DNA of 64,000 nt from positions 66,342,001-66,406,000 of the forward strand of contig NC_045697.1 in assembly GCF_009834535.1 (NCBI RefSeq), read 5' to 3'. The position numbers and the translations under genes were made by a program. Position 1 is the stretch's first letter; each line of letters begins with the position of its first letter. Shown here piece after piece: positions 51,674-64,000 of this stretch. Under the pieces are notes generated by a model. The model worked only from the letters and a program-made list of their open reading frames with translations. It was not told the origin of the DNA and did not search any database. The stretch comes from Camelus ferus. Lineage: Eukaryota.

Positions 51674-51749
51674 TATATAAATATACAGATTCAGTTAAAA
51701 GATTGTAAGCTTCATCTCTGGTGAACCGCTCCCCAAATTATAAATAAGC

Positions 51750-52155
51750 TGTATTAGTCAGCTGAGGCTGCCGTAACAAGATGCCTAGACTTGGTGACTT
51801 AAACAACAGAAATTTATTTTCTCGCAGTTGTAGAAGCTGGAAGTCCAAGAGCAAGGTGCCAGCAGGGTAGGTTTTGGGTGAGGCCTCTCTGGCCTGCAGG
51901 TGGCCACTTTCTGGCTGGGCTGTGTCCTCATACAGCCTTTCCCTGTGGACTTGTGAAAAGGGAGAGCTCTGGTATCTATCCCTTCCTCTCCTTTAAGAAC
52001 ACCAGTCTTCTTGGATTAGGACTTCAGCCTTGTGACCTCATTTAACCTTAATTACCTCTCTAGAGGCCCTGTCTCAAAATACTGTCATATTAGGAGTTAG
52101 GGCTCCAACATCTGAGTTTGGTAGGGTGGGAGCACACAGTTCAGTCCATACCACA
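51750..52155 (-). mobile_element. MaLR LTR, MLT1A-like
   Basis: TGTATTAGTC...GCTGCCGTAACAA...CTTAAACAACAGAAATTTATTT...TTCAGTCCATACCACA. Confidence 0.88.
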
Positions 52156-54715
52156 CTCGTGCTGCCTTTCTGTACTAATGTTTATTTTGATAGATTAGCA
52201 TTTAAGAAAAAGTTACTCTTAAATAGAATCACTGACTTGGACCCAGTTGGAAGTATTATTGTTACCTCTGTTGTGGTGCCTTCTTTTCTAATTTGCATGG
52301 CAGGTATTTATCCCTGGGTCCTCTGTCCCTAACTAGAGGATGAGCTCTTTGAACACAGGTTTTTGTCTTCTCCCCTCCCCTGGCCCCCGGATTTGGCTCT
52401 GATTAGCACTAACTAGTGGTATTAATTGTATGGAATTGCATACTGCTCCAGTTCCCTAATTGTTCAATTGTAGGGAAATTGTTTACAACATGGTATATGT
52501 AATTTTTAATTGAGTACAAAATTCAACATAAGGTTGAAATTTCATAAAAATGTCAAGGCATTAATATCCTCACTGAGGGTAGAGTGGAACCATCCCTAAA
52601 CTGCTTGAGAAGAGAATTATAGTTGTGCTCTGGACAATCAAATTGGCAAAACTTGATACTTTTCCCGTTATATTATCTGTTAAATAGTCATTGGAGATAC
52701 TTTTTTTTAATTAAATGAACATTTGTTCCTTTATCCATCGTCCTTTGTGTTTTTGGTCTATTTCAACATGAATAGCTCACTCACTCCTGTGAGGGACGAT
52801 ACCTGACTGATTTTAGAAATAGGCTATCAAATGCTTAGTGCTCTGATTGCAAAAACCAACCAAAATTTTATCATTACTAAGGGAATGTTTTAAGTTAAGA
52901 GTCTAATTAGAACATTGATTAAAAAGAAGCAGCCACCATATTATTAGTTAGCTATTAATACTGAAACCTAATAATAATTTGTGGCCTACCAATATAGAGA
53001 GTTATGGGAGGCCATAGAAAATTTCATTTAAAGGTAATTCTTTTAAAAACTTTTATACCCAAAATACATCATTGTGTCAAGTACCACAATATTTTCAATT
53101 AAAGGGAGATTTTCTTAATCTCACTACTTTGTCAGTTTCTACTATATAGTAAGATATTTAATAGGTGATTTTAAATTTTTTATGGTTGTATAGGTCTGTA
53201 TAAATAAGCATAAAGTAACATTTTAGTTTAGCAAAAAGATATTTAAAAGTACCATGATCAAAACATACTTTTGTAAGTCTTTTCTTTCTCTTGCTCAAGG
53301 AATGCTATGTTCTGATTTTTCACACATTATGGTTAGGAATTATAATATATGATCCCGTTTCCCAATTTTCAGAGACTTAAAATATACTCACCAAGGGAGA
53401 AATGACTGCCCCTCCCTTTAATTGAAAAACAGTTCAAACTCCAGTCGCCAGTTACATTACACAAAACTGAAGCAGTTATGGGGGGAAAATATCCTCTTCT
53501 AGGCTGTCCCATAGCACTAAATAATGTCCACATGATTTCCAGCTGAGGGCCATCAGAACAGATGTTAAGTCACTTCTTGAACAGAAACGTAGGACCTTTG
53601 TATATTCACTGAAAATTTAGAAAGCAGTTAATACATAAGTATTTCCAAGCATGCTCTTTTTACAGCAAGTTTTCAAAATGTTTTAGCTCGTTCATAGACA
53701 TTCACATGGTCCACATAAAACAGATTAATGAGTAGCAATGAGTTTGCTTTCCTGTGCGTGTCTTCATTATTGTTGTTTCACCGTATACTGGACTCTTGTT
53801 GCATCTCCGTATTAAGACACACGTCATTTAAGTTAATCTAAAACCATTCCTTATAAGCGATGCAAAGAGATCAGGGATCACTCCTAGGCTCATATTCTCA
53901 CATGTTTTCATGAGGTAAGAATTAACAGTCAGATTTTCCCCAAAACACAGAACACCAGTGCTTTCACAGCATAGTCTAATTTTTAAAAAATAAAAACATT
54001 AACAGCTGGACAGAACCGTTTAGCCAATACTATCATATGGATTCCTGCAAAGCATTTTGCCAACCTGGAAAAAAGACCACAGATTCAAATAATGGGTATA
54101 TAACCAAGCAGTAATTTTTTGTTTGTTGCAAAATATGGAATATTTGTAATTTATCTGCTTTCATTTTCTACTGGTGGATTATACTGTCCTATGCAAATAC
54201 TGGTTTGGTGACTATAATATAAAGGCTGCCATCTATTGAACATAAGTAATTACTACACTTGAGTTCCTTGTGAGAAAAGTACTTATAAAGTTACTAAAGC
54301 AAGAAACATAGTTCCCGTCTACTCATTTTCACGCACAAATTGTTTGATTCTCTGTTTAATTATGGAAGTACTTGAGTACTTTTCCCAAATTAAGCTGAGA
54401 AGACTACCATATAAAAAGATTTTCTTCATAAAAATCAATATTCATAATAAACAAAAATTGACTAAGTTCTCTAGGCATTTTATCAGATGAACAATGTTTC
54501 TCTTAAGATACTGTTTGGATAAATTCTTTTCACTTCACCTTTAGAGAGGTAAATTTCACAAAATTATTTTATTGAACTCAGCTAAAGAAAATAAAAGGAA
54601 CTTCTTTTCTTGACTAAAGCTCAGTATTGAAGACACTTCCTGCAACTTTTTTTTTTATTCTAAAGAAATTACAACTTAAAAAGATTAATTAGGGGTGTTG
54701 CTAATAGGCAGTCTT

Positions 54716-56001
54716 TTTTTTTTTTAGCATTTTTTATTGATTTATAATCATTTTACAATGTTGTGTCAAATTCCAGTGTTCAGCACAATTTTTCAGTCAT
54801 TCATGGACATATACACACTCATTGTCACATTTTTTTCTCTGTGAATTATCATAACTTTTTGTGTATATATCCCTGTGCTATACAGTGTAATCTTGTTTAT
54901 CTACTCTACAATTTTGAAATCCCAGTCTATCCCTTCCCACCCTCCACCCCCCTGGTAACCACAAGTCTGTATTCTCTGTCTGTGAGTCTATTTCTGTCCT
55001 GTATTTACGCTTTGTTTTTGTTTGTTTTTGTTTTTGTTTTTTAGATTCCACATATCAGCGATCTCATATGGTATTTTTCTTTCTCTTTCTGGCTTACTTC
55101 ACTTAGAATGACATTCTCCAGGAGCATCCATGTTGCTGCAAATGGCATTATGTTGTCAGTTTTTATGGCTGAGTAGTATTCCATTTTATAAATATACCAC
55201 ATCTTCTTTATCCAGTCACCTGTTGATGGACATTTAGGCTGTTTCCATGTTTTGGCTATTGTAAGTGCTGCTATGAACATTGGGGTGCAGGTGTCATCCT
55301 GAAGTAGGGTTCCTTCTGGATACAAGCCCAGGAGTGGGATTCCTGGGTTATATGGTAAGTCTATTCCTAGTCTTTTGAGGAATCTTCACACTTGTTTTCC
55401 ATAGTGGCTGCACCAAACTGCATTGCCACCAGCAGTGTAGGAGGGTTCCCCTTTCTCCACAGCCTCTCCAGCATTTGTCATTTGTAGATTTTTGAATGAC
55501 GGCCATTCTGACTGGTGTGAGGTGATACCTCATTGTAGTTTTGATTTGCATTTCTCTGATAATTAGTGATATTGAGCATTTTTTCATGTGCTTTTTGATC
55601 ATTTGTATGTCTTCCTTGGAGAATTGCTTGTTTAGGTCTTCTGCCCATTTTTGGATTGGGTTGTTTATTTTTTTCTTATTGAGTCGTATGAGCTGCTTAT
55701 ATATTCTGGAGATCAAGCCTTTGTCGGTTTCACTTGCAAAAATTTTCTCCCATTCCATAGGTTTTCTTCTTTTACTTCTGGTTTCCTTTGCTGTGCAGAA
55801 GCTTGTAAGTTTCATTAGGTCCCATTTGTTTATTCTTGCTTTTATTTCTTCTAGGAGAAAATTTTTTAAATGTATGTCAGATAATGTTTTGCCTATGTTT
55901 TCCTCTAGGAGGTTTATTGTATCTTGTCTTATATTTAAGTCTTTAATCCATTTTGAGTTGATTTTTGTATATGGTGTAAGGGAGTGTTCTAGCTTCATTG
56001 T
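54716..56001 (-). mobile_element. 5'-truncated young L1 (ORF2 C-terminus plus 3' UTR), frameshifted
   Basis: ORFs 55348..55998 and 55041..55325 are L1 ORF2-like ([36 protein letters not shown]); poly(T) tail; perfect 18-bp duplication TTGCTAATAGGCAGTCTT at 54698-54715 and 56002-56019. Confidence 0.96.
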
Positions 56002-57239
56002 TTGCTAATAGGCAGTCTTCACCATGATGGCGGCTTAATTTTCTAGCTTTTGCCACTATTCAGTTTTACATATTTCAGTCACATTGAAAGTTTCAGAAGC
56101 CCAGGTTTTTCTACCTTTATGTAAAGATTTTTATTATGATGGTATGGTTTTATAAAAGAACACTGCAACCGTATACTATATAATATAAAACATGACAGGT
56201 ATGGATATTTAGACGTCTTAATTTTCTTCTTAGTCAAATTAAAGAACTCTATTTTCAAATTACATTGATCATAAAAGCAGTCTCAGCACTCAATAGGTGT
56301 TCATCTCCCAGATGCATCTAATTAATTACTTCTGAAGAATACGTATTAATTTCTAGTAACAGAAGAATGTGTTAAAGCTAGGATGACAGCTCAGCAGTAT
56401 TTGAGCTAGTGGTACATGTGTGTTTTATCTTTTCACATACTTTATTTGTACCAATATCCTAGTAATTCATAGGTAGGAAAAAATGTTTGAGGATAAATTT
56501 CTGAGATATTTTAATGGCTTAGGGCAGTTGTATATCACTGTTTACATAATGGCGAATTTGAGGTTTTAACACAAAGAAGCAAGACTTCTAAACAAACTTG
56601 ATGGGCTCAGACTTATCCTTAACTTACAGTAATGGAATCAAATATCTCTTGTCAAAATCAACAGATCTCTTAGCAATGATATTAGGAGGGATATTAAAGC
56701 AGTACCATGTGCGTGTTAGGTAAATGTATATACACGCAAATACAGAAATCATTTCACTGTGAAAAATAAAACAACCAGACAACATTAATTCAAGAGATGA
56801 AAAAGTAAAAAAGGGGAGTATTATCAGGAATTCTTATTAAAATAATAAATGCTGGTTGTTGAAAAATATAAAAAAAGCAAACAAAAGTTACTCAAACCTG
56901 GAGGTAAATGCCGAAAAGGTTTTGGTTTATTTACATTCTGGAAGAAATTGAAGCCTCAGGTAGAAAGTTGTTCTAAATGAGCTCTCTGTAGTCTCTTTTT
57001 CTTGATGATTTATAGCCTGAGTATTTAGAGAACTTAACAGATGAGATTTGCCAAGTAACACAGTTTTCATTTTTTTTGATCTTGGTGAATGAAAAATAAA
57101 GTAGAAGACTAGGGACAGGTAAATAAATAATAAATGGGGACAAGTGCTGATTTTCAAAACAGAAAAAGGTCAACTTCCAAATTATAAACTAATTTGAGCT
57201 TGAGCTCACCTGAAAAAAAAGTCTGGTTCATTATGAAGT

Positions 57240-57370
57240 ATTTAATTAATTAATTGTTATTGAAGTATATTTGATTACAACATTGTGTTTCTGGTGTACA
57301 GCATAGTGATTCATATGTATATACACATACATATGTATATTTATATATTCTTTTTCATAATAGGTTATTA
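57240..57370 (-). mobile_element. L1 3'-end fragment
   Basis: TATTGAAGTATA...TTTCTGGTGTACAGCATAGTGATTCA...ATAGGTTATTA. Confidence 0.7.
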
Positions 57371-58264
57371 CTAGAAGGAGTTATTAAAAGCCAGTTAGTG
57401 AGCATTGAGAAAAGGAAGGCAGAATTGCCAAGACCCAGAATTAAGTTTTCAAGAAACCAGTCACACCTAACTTAACACATTTTGGATAGACTGGGGGAAA
57501 TGTTAATTTTAACAAGTCATCAAAGAAAGGCTCTTAAGATCCCTTTGAATTTAAAAATAAAATGAGGCCAATGATTCATAACAGGTTGAAGGAGTTTAAC
57601 CAATGAATATTATTTGAAGATCAGTCAGTGACTTAGATGAGGCCCTCTACAGCTTGCTACCTAAATTTATGGGTGACATGAGGCAGTGAGGGATAGCATT
57701 CATCTGTCATAAAAAGATCCTCCTTCAAAAATATATCACAAGTGTAGGCAAATGGACCAAATCTAGCTTTTTTTTTTTTTTTAAAGAAAGAAAGAAATGT
57801 AGTATGGTTATGTGTAATTTGGATCAAATCATTTGCTCTTCTGGGACATATTTGGGGTAAAGGGGTGGGATAAGGTTAGCAAAAACAAATATTTGAAACA
57901 CTAGGGATTTTAGAAGAAAATGAGCCTAATACAAGTGTGTCATGTCATTTGACTTCTAGAATTATAAGGCAAGTTAATAGTTCTATTCTGTGCTAGTAAA
58001 CTCTCATGTGGCATATTATGTTTAATCTTTGGCATTAATCTCCAACAATTATATAGATAATCCCAAGAAAATCAACTGAAAAATCATGAGATATTTAAGC
58101 TTTCTTTGGGTCAGAGGCAGTTATATAATTCTTTTTAGCTGATAGCGTGAGCTAGTTCCTTGACCAAGATCCACAACTATGTCTTCTCCCACAAAGATTC
58201 TCCCTTAGTTTCGGGCCTCATAGATGAGCAGTGGTCTCTGCTCATGTTTATTACATATTGTATA

Positions 58265-59830
58265 TAATAAATAAACCAAACAATGTTTATGAAGTACTTA
58301 CGTGTGCCACTCAGTGTTCTAGGTGGGTGCTTGGTTTGTGGCAGAGGCAAAGTGCTGTCATGCACTTACGGTCTAGTCGGAGCAGATGTGCAAATAGTAT
58401 AGTTTTATATTACAGTGTATTCTATAAAGAAATAATATGGGGCAATAGGACTAGTGTAAGGAGGGAAGGGAGGAGTAAAGTCATTAGACAGTAGTTAGGG
58501 GAAAAGAAGATTTGAGCTGAAACAGGAATAATTCAAAGGAGATATTAACCATGCAGATGTGTAGGAGTTACCCTCTCCAGGCTGTGGGAATAGCAAGTGC
58601 AAAGGCCCTGAGAGAGGAATCAGCTTGGTGTGTTAAAGGAATGGAAAGAAGGCCACTATGACTGGAGCAGAGTAAATAAAGGAGAGAGTGGTAAGTGATT
58701 GAGTGAAGAAGTTGTCAAGGGCAAGACCATTTATTGCCTTGTAGGTCATGTTAAAGGATTTAGATTCTTATTTCAATTAAATAGGAAGCCAAATAAAGGA
58801 TTTTAATCATGTGAGTAACATCTGATGTATGTTTTTAAAAGATCACTCTGAGTACCATGGAAACTTGATTGTAAGGGAAAAATAATGAAAGCAGGAGACT
58901 ATGTTTATTTCCCTAGTTCAGGCAAGAGATGGTAGCTGTTTAGGCCATGAAGGTCCTAATAGAGATGTAGATGATTGGACGGGTTTATGTTTTAGAGGAA
59001 GAACTGACAGGCGTGTGGAAATATTGATGGGGGAAGAGGAGCAGTGTGATGGATAATGGAAAATTGCTGAGTCTGTGAATTTGATAAGAATTAATTCAGT
59101 TGTAAGAGTCAGTGAAATTGATGACTCAGTTCAGTACAGTAGAAAAGCTATTCAAATCAAGAGGAAGAGGAGTGGTTGAGTTAGGAAAAAAGGTGCTTAA
59201 AATCCAGATTTTAGGCATGTTATACTTGTTGATGAAAAAGTAAAGGTTGTGAATTCTGGAGTGCATGGCTGGGGTCTTCCAGGCCTAACACTTAATTGGT
59301 TGTAGAGGGATTACCACTGAAGTGAAGAAGTCAGAGAATTTAGCAGTCTCCTCTTTCAGTGATTCAGCATGATAACACTGAGGTCATCAAGAAGTATTAT
59401 TGGAATGGGGTAAGGAGGAGCCAGTGAGCGGGGGGCTAAAGCAATAGTGTGAGGTGGGGGCAAGACAGTGAGTGGACAGACAGCCAGTGCTACAGGCTGA
59501 TGACTTGGGCCTCAAAGGACTTGGCATTTTGGAGGATCGAAGATGACTGCTGATGTTAGGAACAGAAATGAGGACACCTGCTCCATCTCCAGCTTTATAA
59601 GCATGCGATATGAGAGAATGGGGACCCCTGTTTGAAAGGACTACAAGGGAGGTGTAGAATGATAGAGAGTCTGTGAGGGCTGAGAGGGGCAGGAAGTGGA
59701 TCCCATTAGGAGATACATAGAACGGTGAAGGAGGAAGAGCTTGGGAGATGATGGATGACTGAGGGGTTTGTACTTCTGGTTGTGGCAGGTAAACAGGGAT
59801 GGAAAGTCTGATGGGACAGGTCCTCATGGT
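58265..59830 (-). mobile_element. Long degenerate L2, followed by an opposite-strand L2 end at about 59855-59957
   Basis: GGAATAGCAAGTGCAAAGGCCCTGAG, TTTTAAAAGATCACTCTG, GTTCAGGCAAGAGATGG; purine-rich strand bias. Confidence 0.72.
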
Positions 59831-60683
59831 CTGTTAGTCTGTTAGAGGACAGTGGACCCTGGAGTGTAAGCTCCATGAGAGCAGGACATTAAAGTGGGCA
59901 TTATGCCTGGCGTCAAGGGGGAATTCAAATGATATTTTGTAGTTGTTGAATGAATGAGGGGATGCAATGAGTGGCTGTGTGGGAGTGCTCAGGATGCATG
60001 ACCCAGAATCTTTAGCCAGGGAACATGTGGCCCTTGGCTTCTGTCCTCTCATGCTGGAAGGCCACTCTGGCTGGAGCCGGGGGCACCGTGGTGGCTTTTT
60101 CAAGATACCTGACTTCTCCCAGGACTCACAGTGGGTGGCTGTTGAACGGGAGGTATTCACACAGATTCATTTGTATTTTGAAATAGGTAATGGATTGACT
60201 CAACACTGCTTATTGATTAATATATCCTTTTAATCTGAATTTTAAAAAAATCAGTCATTAATTCTTTTTATATTAGGATTACATTAATATTTACAAAATG
60301 GCAGATTTTTTTCCCCCTGTATAAGAAACTCTCCCTAACTAGTAGAAATTGTTGAAATCATTGAGAGGAATGATCCAGTGATGAAACTGATGATGCAAAA
60401 TGAGAGCAGCTAAGGTTAGTGGTAAGTACCCTGCTGTGACTGAGGGAGTCAGACTTTTATCAGGGGATTGTTACAAATGATTTTTAAGTTGGTGTCATAT
60501 CTTAAAATCTTTATATTATATTGGTATTTTTTATAGACACAGCATAAAAATATGCTCATTCTTTACCTATGTTTTCTTTGGACCTCATACTACATTTTCT
60601 CTACAGAGAGCAAGGAATAGTATAGATAACTAGAGAGTTCACATAATAATAATACTGGACATTTAATAATGGCAAAATCCATT

Positions 60684-60732
60684 AGGGAAAGGCAAGAAGA
60701 GCAGGGAAAGGCAAGAAGAGCAGAGAAAGGCA
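60684..60732. repeat. 19-bp minisatellite AGGGAAAGGCAAGAAGAGC, about 2.6 copies
   Basis: Two perfect copies at 60684 and 60703, partial copy at 60722. Confidence 0.9.
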
Positions 60733-61907
60733 TAAAGTTAAGGCAGAGTTTGTAAGGTGCTGAAGAAAACGGGATATAATGACAAAGAACAAATTCTTCC
60801 CTCAGTGCAAACAAGTTCCAGTTCCTTCAGAGGCCTGCTTATATGTTTCCCTCTTTCCCTTGCTTCAGTAAATCGGAACGCTCCAAGAAAAATAATTTCT
60901 TTGAGTTAGTCCTTTTTCCTCGCTCTCACGAAAAATAAACCTCATTTTGGGTGGTATTATAATATATTTCATCATCTTCTTTTCTCCTCTGACAGTCAGT
61001 CCCCTCTGCCCCTCCACGTGCAAATCAAGGATGCCCCTACTTGCTGATTTTGAAATTCTCTTCAAGATGCCATTTATAATAAATGGAGAATTAGCTGACT
61101 TAAATAATGCTTTTAGATTGCTACAGGAGCAAAGGCTGTTGAAATTAATTAATAAACTTAACTTGTGATTAAGACTGTCAGACATTTCCAGCTGAGGTTT
61201 AGTTGATTTAATTTTCCAGAAGGGGGATCACAGTTACAAGTGAACACACTCACCAAATTTATTGTCAGGAAGCCAGCAAAAGATACCCATTTTTCCTGTC
61301 AGCAAGCAGTTTCCTTGACTAAAATAAATGGCTTTGCTGTGCCAGTGAACCTCAGAAGTGCACAGTGCAGCTGTGGTCCAGGTATATTCCATTCTCTGCT
61401 TACGATTGTTTGTGAGTGTTTGCTTTGTGGAAGATTGAAAATACCAAGGACAATTTATTGTCATTTTCCTCCTTTACCTGTTATAAAATACATATTTTAA
61501 GGTTTCTGAATCTCTTCTTTTACTAAAAACTTGCCATGTGGTGTTACAATAAGTCATTCTGTTTGATTATTTTGTGATATTTATTTAGAGAGTGAGGAGA
61601 CACTGAAATTTGTAGCTGGAGACAAAGTTTTCATACTGCAAAATAATTTTATGCATTCCTTTTCAAGGTTAGCCTTTGTGAAGAGTTTATTCTTGTATAG
61701 TTTGCATGTCATTCCACCAAAATATGGATGAGCCAAATTAACATTTGAAATTTTATTACTAATGGTGTGCTTTAACATCCTGCAGCCAGAAATGGCCAGT
61801 GAAATAGTACGAAACACAGGCAGGTGTATAGGGTCAGGGCACCTGAAGATGGAAGAAAAGGAGTTGTCAGTTGAGTCCTATGCCGAGACTAAAATTAGCA
61901 GTGCGCT

Positions 61908-62167
61908 CAAAAGACGGAACATATGATTCCACCTAAGTGAGGTATCTACAGTGGTCAAATTCATGGAAAATAGAATGGTGGTTAGCAGGGGCTGGGGGAG
62001 GGAGGAGAGGGGAGTTGTTATTTACTGGGTGTAGCGTTTCGGATTTGCAAGATGCAAGAGTTCTGGAGATCTTTTTCACAGCAGTGACTGTGTCACTCTA
62101 CTGAACTGGCCACTTAAAAATGGTTACAATGGTAAATTTTATGTTGTGTTTTTTACCACCATAAAAA
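61908..62167 (+). mobile_element. L1MB-like 3' end
   Basis: TATGATTCCAC...TAGAATGGTGGTT...CACTTAAAAATGGTTACAATGGTAAATTTTATGTT. Confidence 0.82.
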
Positions 62168-63479
62168 GAAAATGAGGAATGCAAATTGTCAATCGGATTT
62201 AGCCACAGAGAGGTCATTTGTGGCCTCGGCAGGAAGATGGTTTTGTAGAGGTTGGGGAATGAGCCCCACTCGCGGTGGTGGAAGAGGAGCAGGCAGGTGA
62301 GGAAGTGGAGACTTCGGGAGTAAAGTGTTATTTCCCAGAGTTTAGCTATTAAGGTGAGTGGGAAAGCAGAAGGCGAAGGCACTTTGTTGTTGTCGTCGTC
62401 GTTTTAAGAGAAACAGTAGCATTTTTGAATGGGGATGCAAAGCCTGCAGTGGAGAAGGAGAAATGGAAAATGCAGGAGAAATAGAGGGGGACTAATTGAG
62501 GCTCCTGAGCAAAAGGGAGGAGCTGGAGTACACATGGTAAGGATGTTGCTGTTTGAGTTGTCAGGACTGGGATTTAGAAGGAGAGTTCCTCTTACCAGTC
62601 CAGTGGGATGGTCAGGTTGGTACAGTAATAAGATGGGCAGATTGCTAACACACGTCCCCAGTGCAGAGATTATGCAAAGAAAGGCACAGTTACCCGGAGA
62701 GATAATGCACAGATAGCTGTTTGTTCATTTTTCCTGAGAAAAACAGGCCAAAAGGATGCAAGGCCAGCTCTCCAGACATATCTGGGAAGGAGAAAGTCTT
62801 CATACCTCTCACTGGTGAGAAAAAAAAAAAAAACTCACTTAAGTAACAGACAAAGCAGAAAGTCTGGCTGCTTCTGAGGTGCTGTTAATCAGAGCTTCCT
62901 CCAACCCTGAAAGGAATAAATATTAGGGAATGACAGGATGAGAATAGATACTGATGTCTGTTCCATATTCAATGAGATAGTTTAAGATTAAGATTTTCTT
63001 CAAGTCTAGTATATTTAGAGTTTGGCCAAGCAAAGGAATAAGTAATCAGTGTGTGTAATACATGGGAAGCCTCCCAAGTACATTGTTGGAAACTTGGAAA
63101 TCTGGCTTTAAAAGGTATTTCATGAGTTATATGAATGTATTGTCAAGCGGCATTCATTTTTCTAATCAGCCTAGCTCATGGAGGTGTTGGAAATCTCAAC
63201 CTCTCCAACTCTTGTATCTTACCTGTCCTCATATATTAAGATATAGGCATTAATAATTCTTTATAACTGTATTTTATTTTTTCTAGAACATTGATCATTT
63301 ATATTTTAAAGGATATTTTAAAAGATATTTTTGGAGTTTTAGTCATTTCTTTGAGGTTGATCATGTGTCAGTTCTTAAAACAGTAATACCAGTCTCACTT
63401 GACTTGGGAAATGGTCTTTAGAAAGTAGAAATATGTTCTGAGAAATGTATCTATATTGTGAGTGAGTTCTGTATTTGAG

Positions 63480-64000
63480 AACAATACATTTCTTTCATGC
63501 ATTTATCCATCAAATACTTATTTTTTGTTTACTGTATGTTAAGCACTTTGTTACACTTCATTTATACCGGTAAACATAGCAGTCCCTAACCTCAGGGAGC
63601 TTCTGATTGGCAAAGGAGTCCAGATTTAAACCAATAACTACACAAACTGTATAATTATAGTAAGACCAAATTCTGTGAAGAAGAAGTACAGGGTGTTACG
63701 AAAGCATATGACATGGGCAACCTTTAGGGGATTTGGGAAACCAGGGAGGCCTCCCTGAGGAGGTGACATTTAAACTAAGGCCAGAAGGATACTTAAGAAT
63801 TAGTGTAGTGAAGGTGTGGCAGAGTGGTGGGTATAGAAAGTGAGAATGAAGAGACTACACAGAGGCCTTGAGGTGGGAAGAAGCTTGGCCTGTTTAAGAG
63901 GAGATGGAAGACCAGTTGGGACTATAGCAAGCCAGACAGAAGACTCCATCAGGTGAGGCTAGCAATAGGTAGCCCATGATCACAGCTGTCCTTAGAGCAG
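63480..64000 (-). mobile_element. L2 fragment running off the window
   Basis: CATTTATCCATCAAATACTTATT...GGCCTCCCTGAGGAGGTGACATTTAAACT. Confidence 0.75.

Larger units (their letters stand above)
1..64000 (+). other. PDLIM5: PDLIM5 (ENH) gene, internal portion: long intron after the PDZ exons, linker-region exons, alternative last exon, and start of the long intron before the LIM-side exons
   Basis: Spliced exons translate to ASAIPKPEPVPVQK-GEPKEVVKPVPITSPAVSKV...QQNG-PPRKHIVERYTEFYH...QSRSFRILAQITGTEH-LKESESDHTKKA, recognisable as the PDLIM5 linker; all junctions are AG/GT with compatible phases. Confidence 0.97.

Noticed and set aside
55541..56008. 155-aa hydrophobic + strand ORF
   Set aside because: Antisense of L1 ORF2, a common artefact
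686..63253. Remaining 60-146 aa ORFs in the track
   Set aside because: No recognisable protein similarity, many non-ATG starts, many inside repeats; expected by chance in 64 kb
46698..64000. Downstream PDLIM5 exons (NSQEPSPQ... and LIM domains)
   Set aside because: Searched by eye and not found; they presumably lie beyond the window

Overview
Mammalian, AT-rich, mostly intronic DNA. The whole window lies inside PDLIM5 (ENH, PDZ and LIM domain 5) on the + strand. The PDZ exons are upstream of the window and the LIM exons downstream. Read from the sequence: a 43-nt exon (34574-34616), a 419-nt exon (36238-36656) with an in-frame internal acceptor at 36565, three micro-exons missed by the ORF track (17 nt 39597-39613, 15 nt 42779-42793, 18 nt 45172-45189), a 173-nt exon (45473-45645), a 37-nt exon (46005-46041), and an alternative last exon (46604 to about 47750) giving LIM-less short isoforms. 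The introns carry MIR, L2, L1, MLT1, Tigger-derived MITEs, a solo LTR and two tRNA-derived SINEs whose form suggests a camelid genome (inference). Best leads: (1) each micro-exon carries a stop codon in the frame produced by a disallowed exon combination; (2) the residue matching the reported AMPK site Ser177 is Pro; (3) a candidate extra last exon at 60996; (4) a nested hairpin at 33111-33223. I found no prokaryotic-type system, CRISPR array or true RNA gene. Orthologue sequences and repeat family names are from recall, not from searches.
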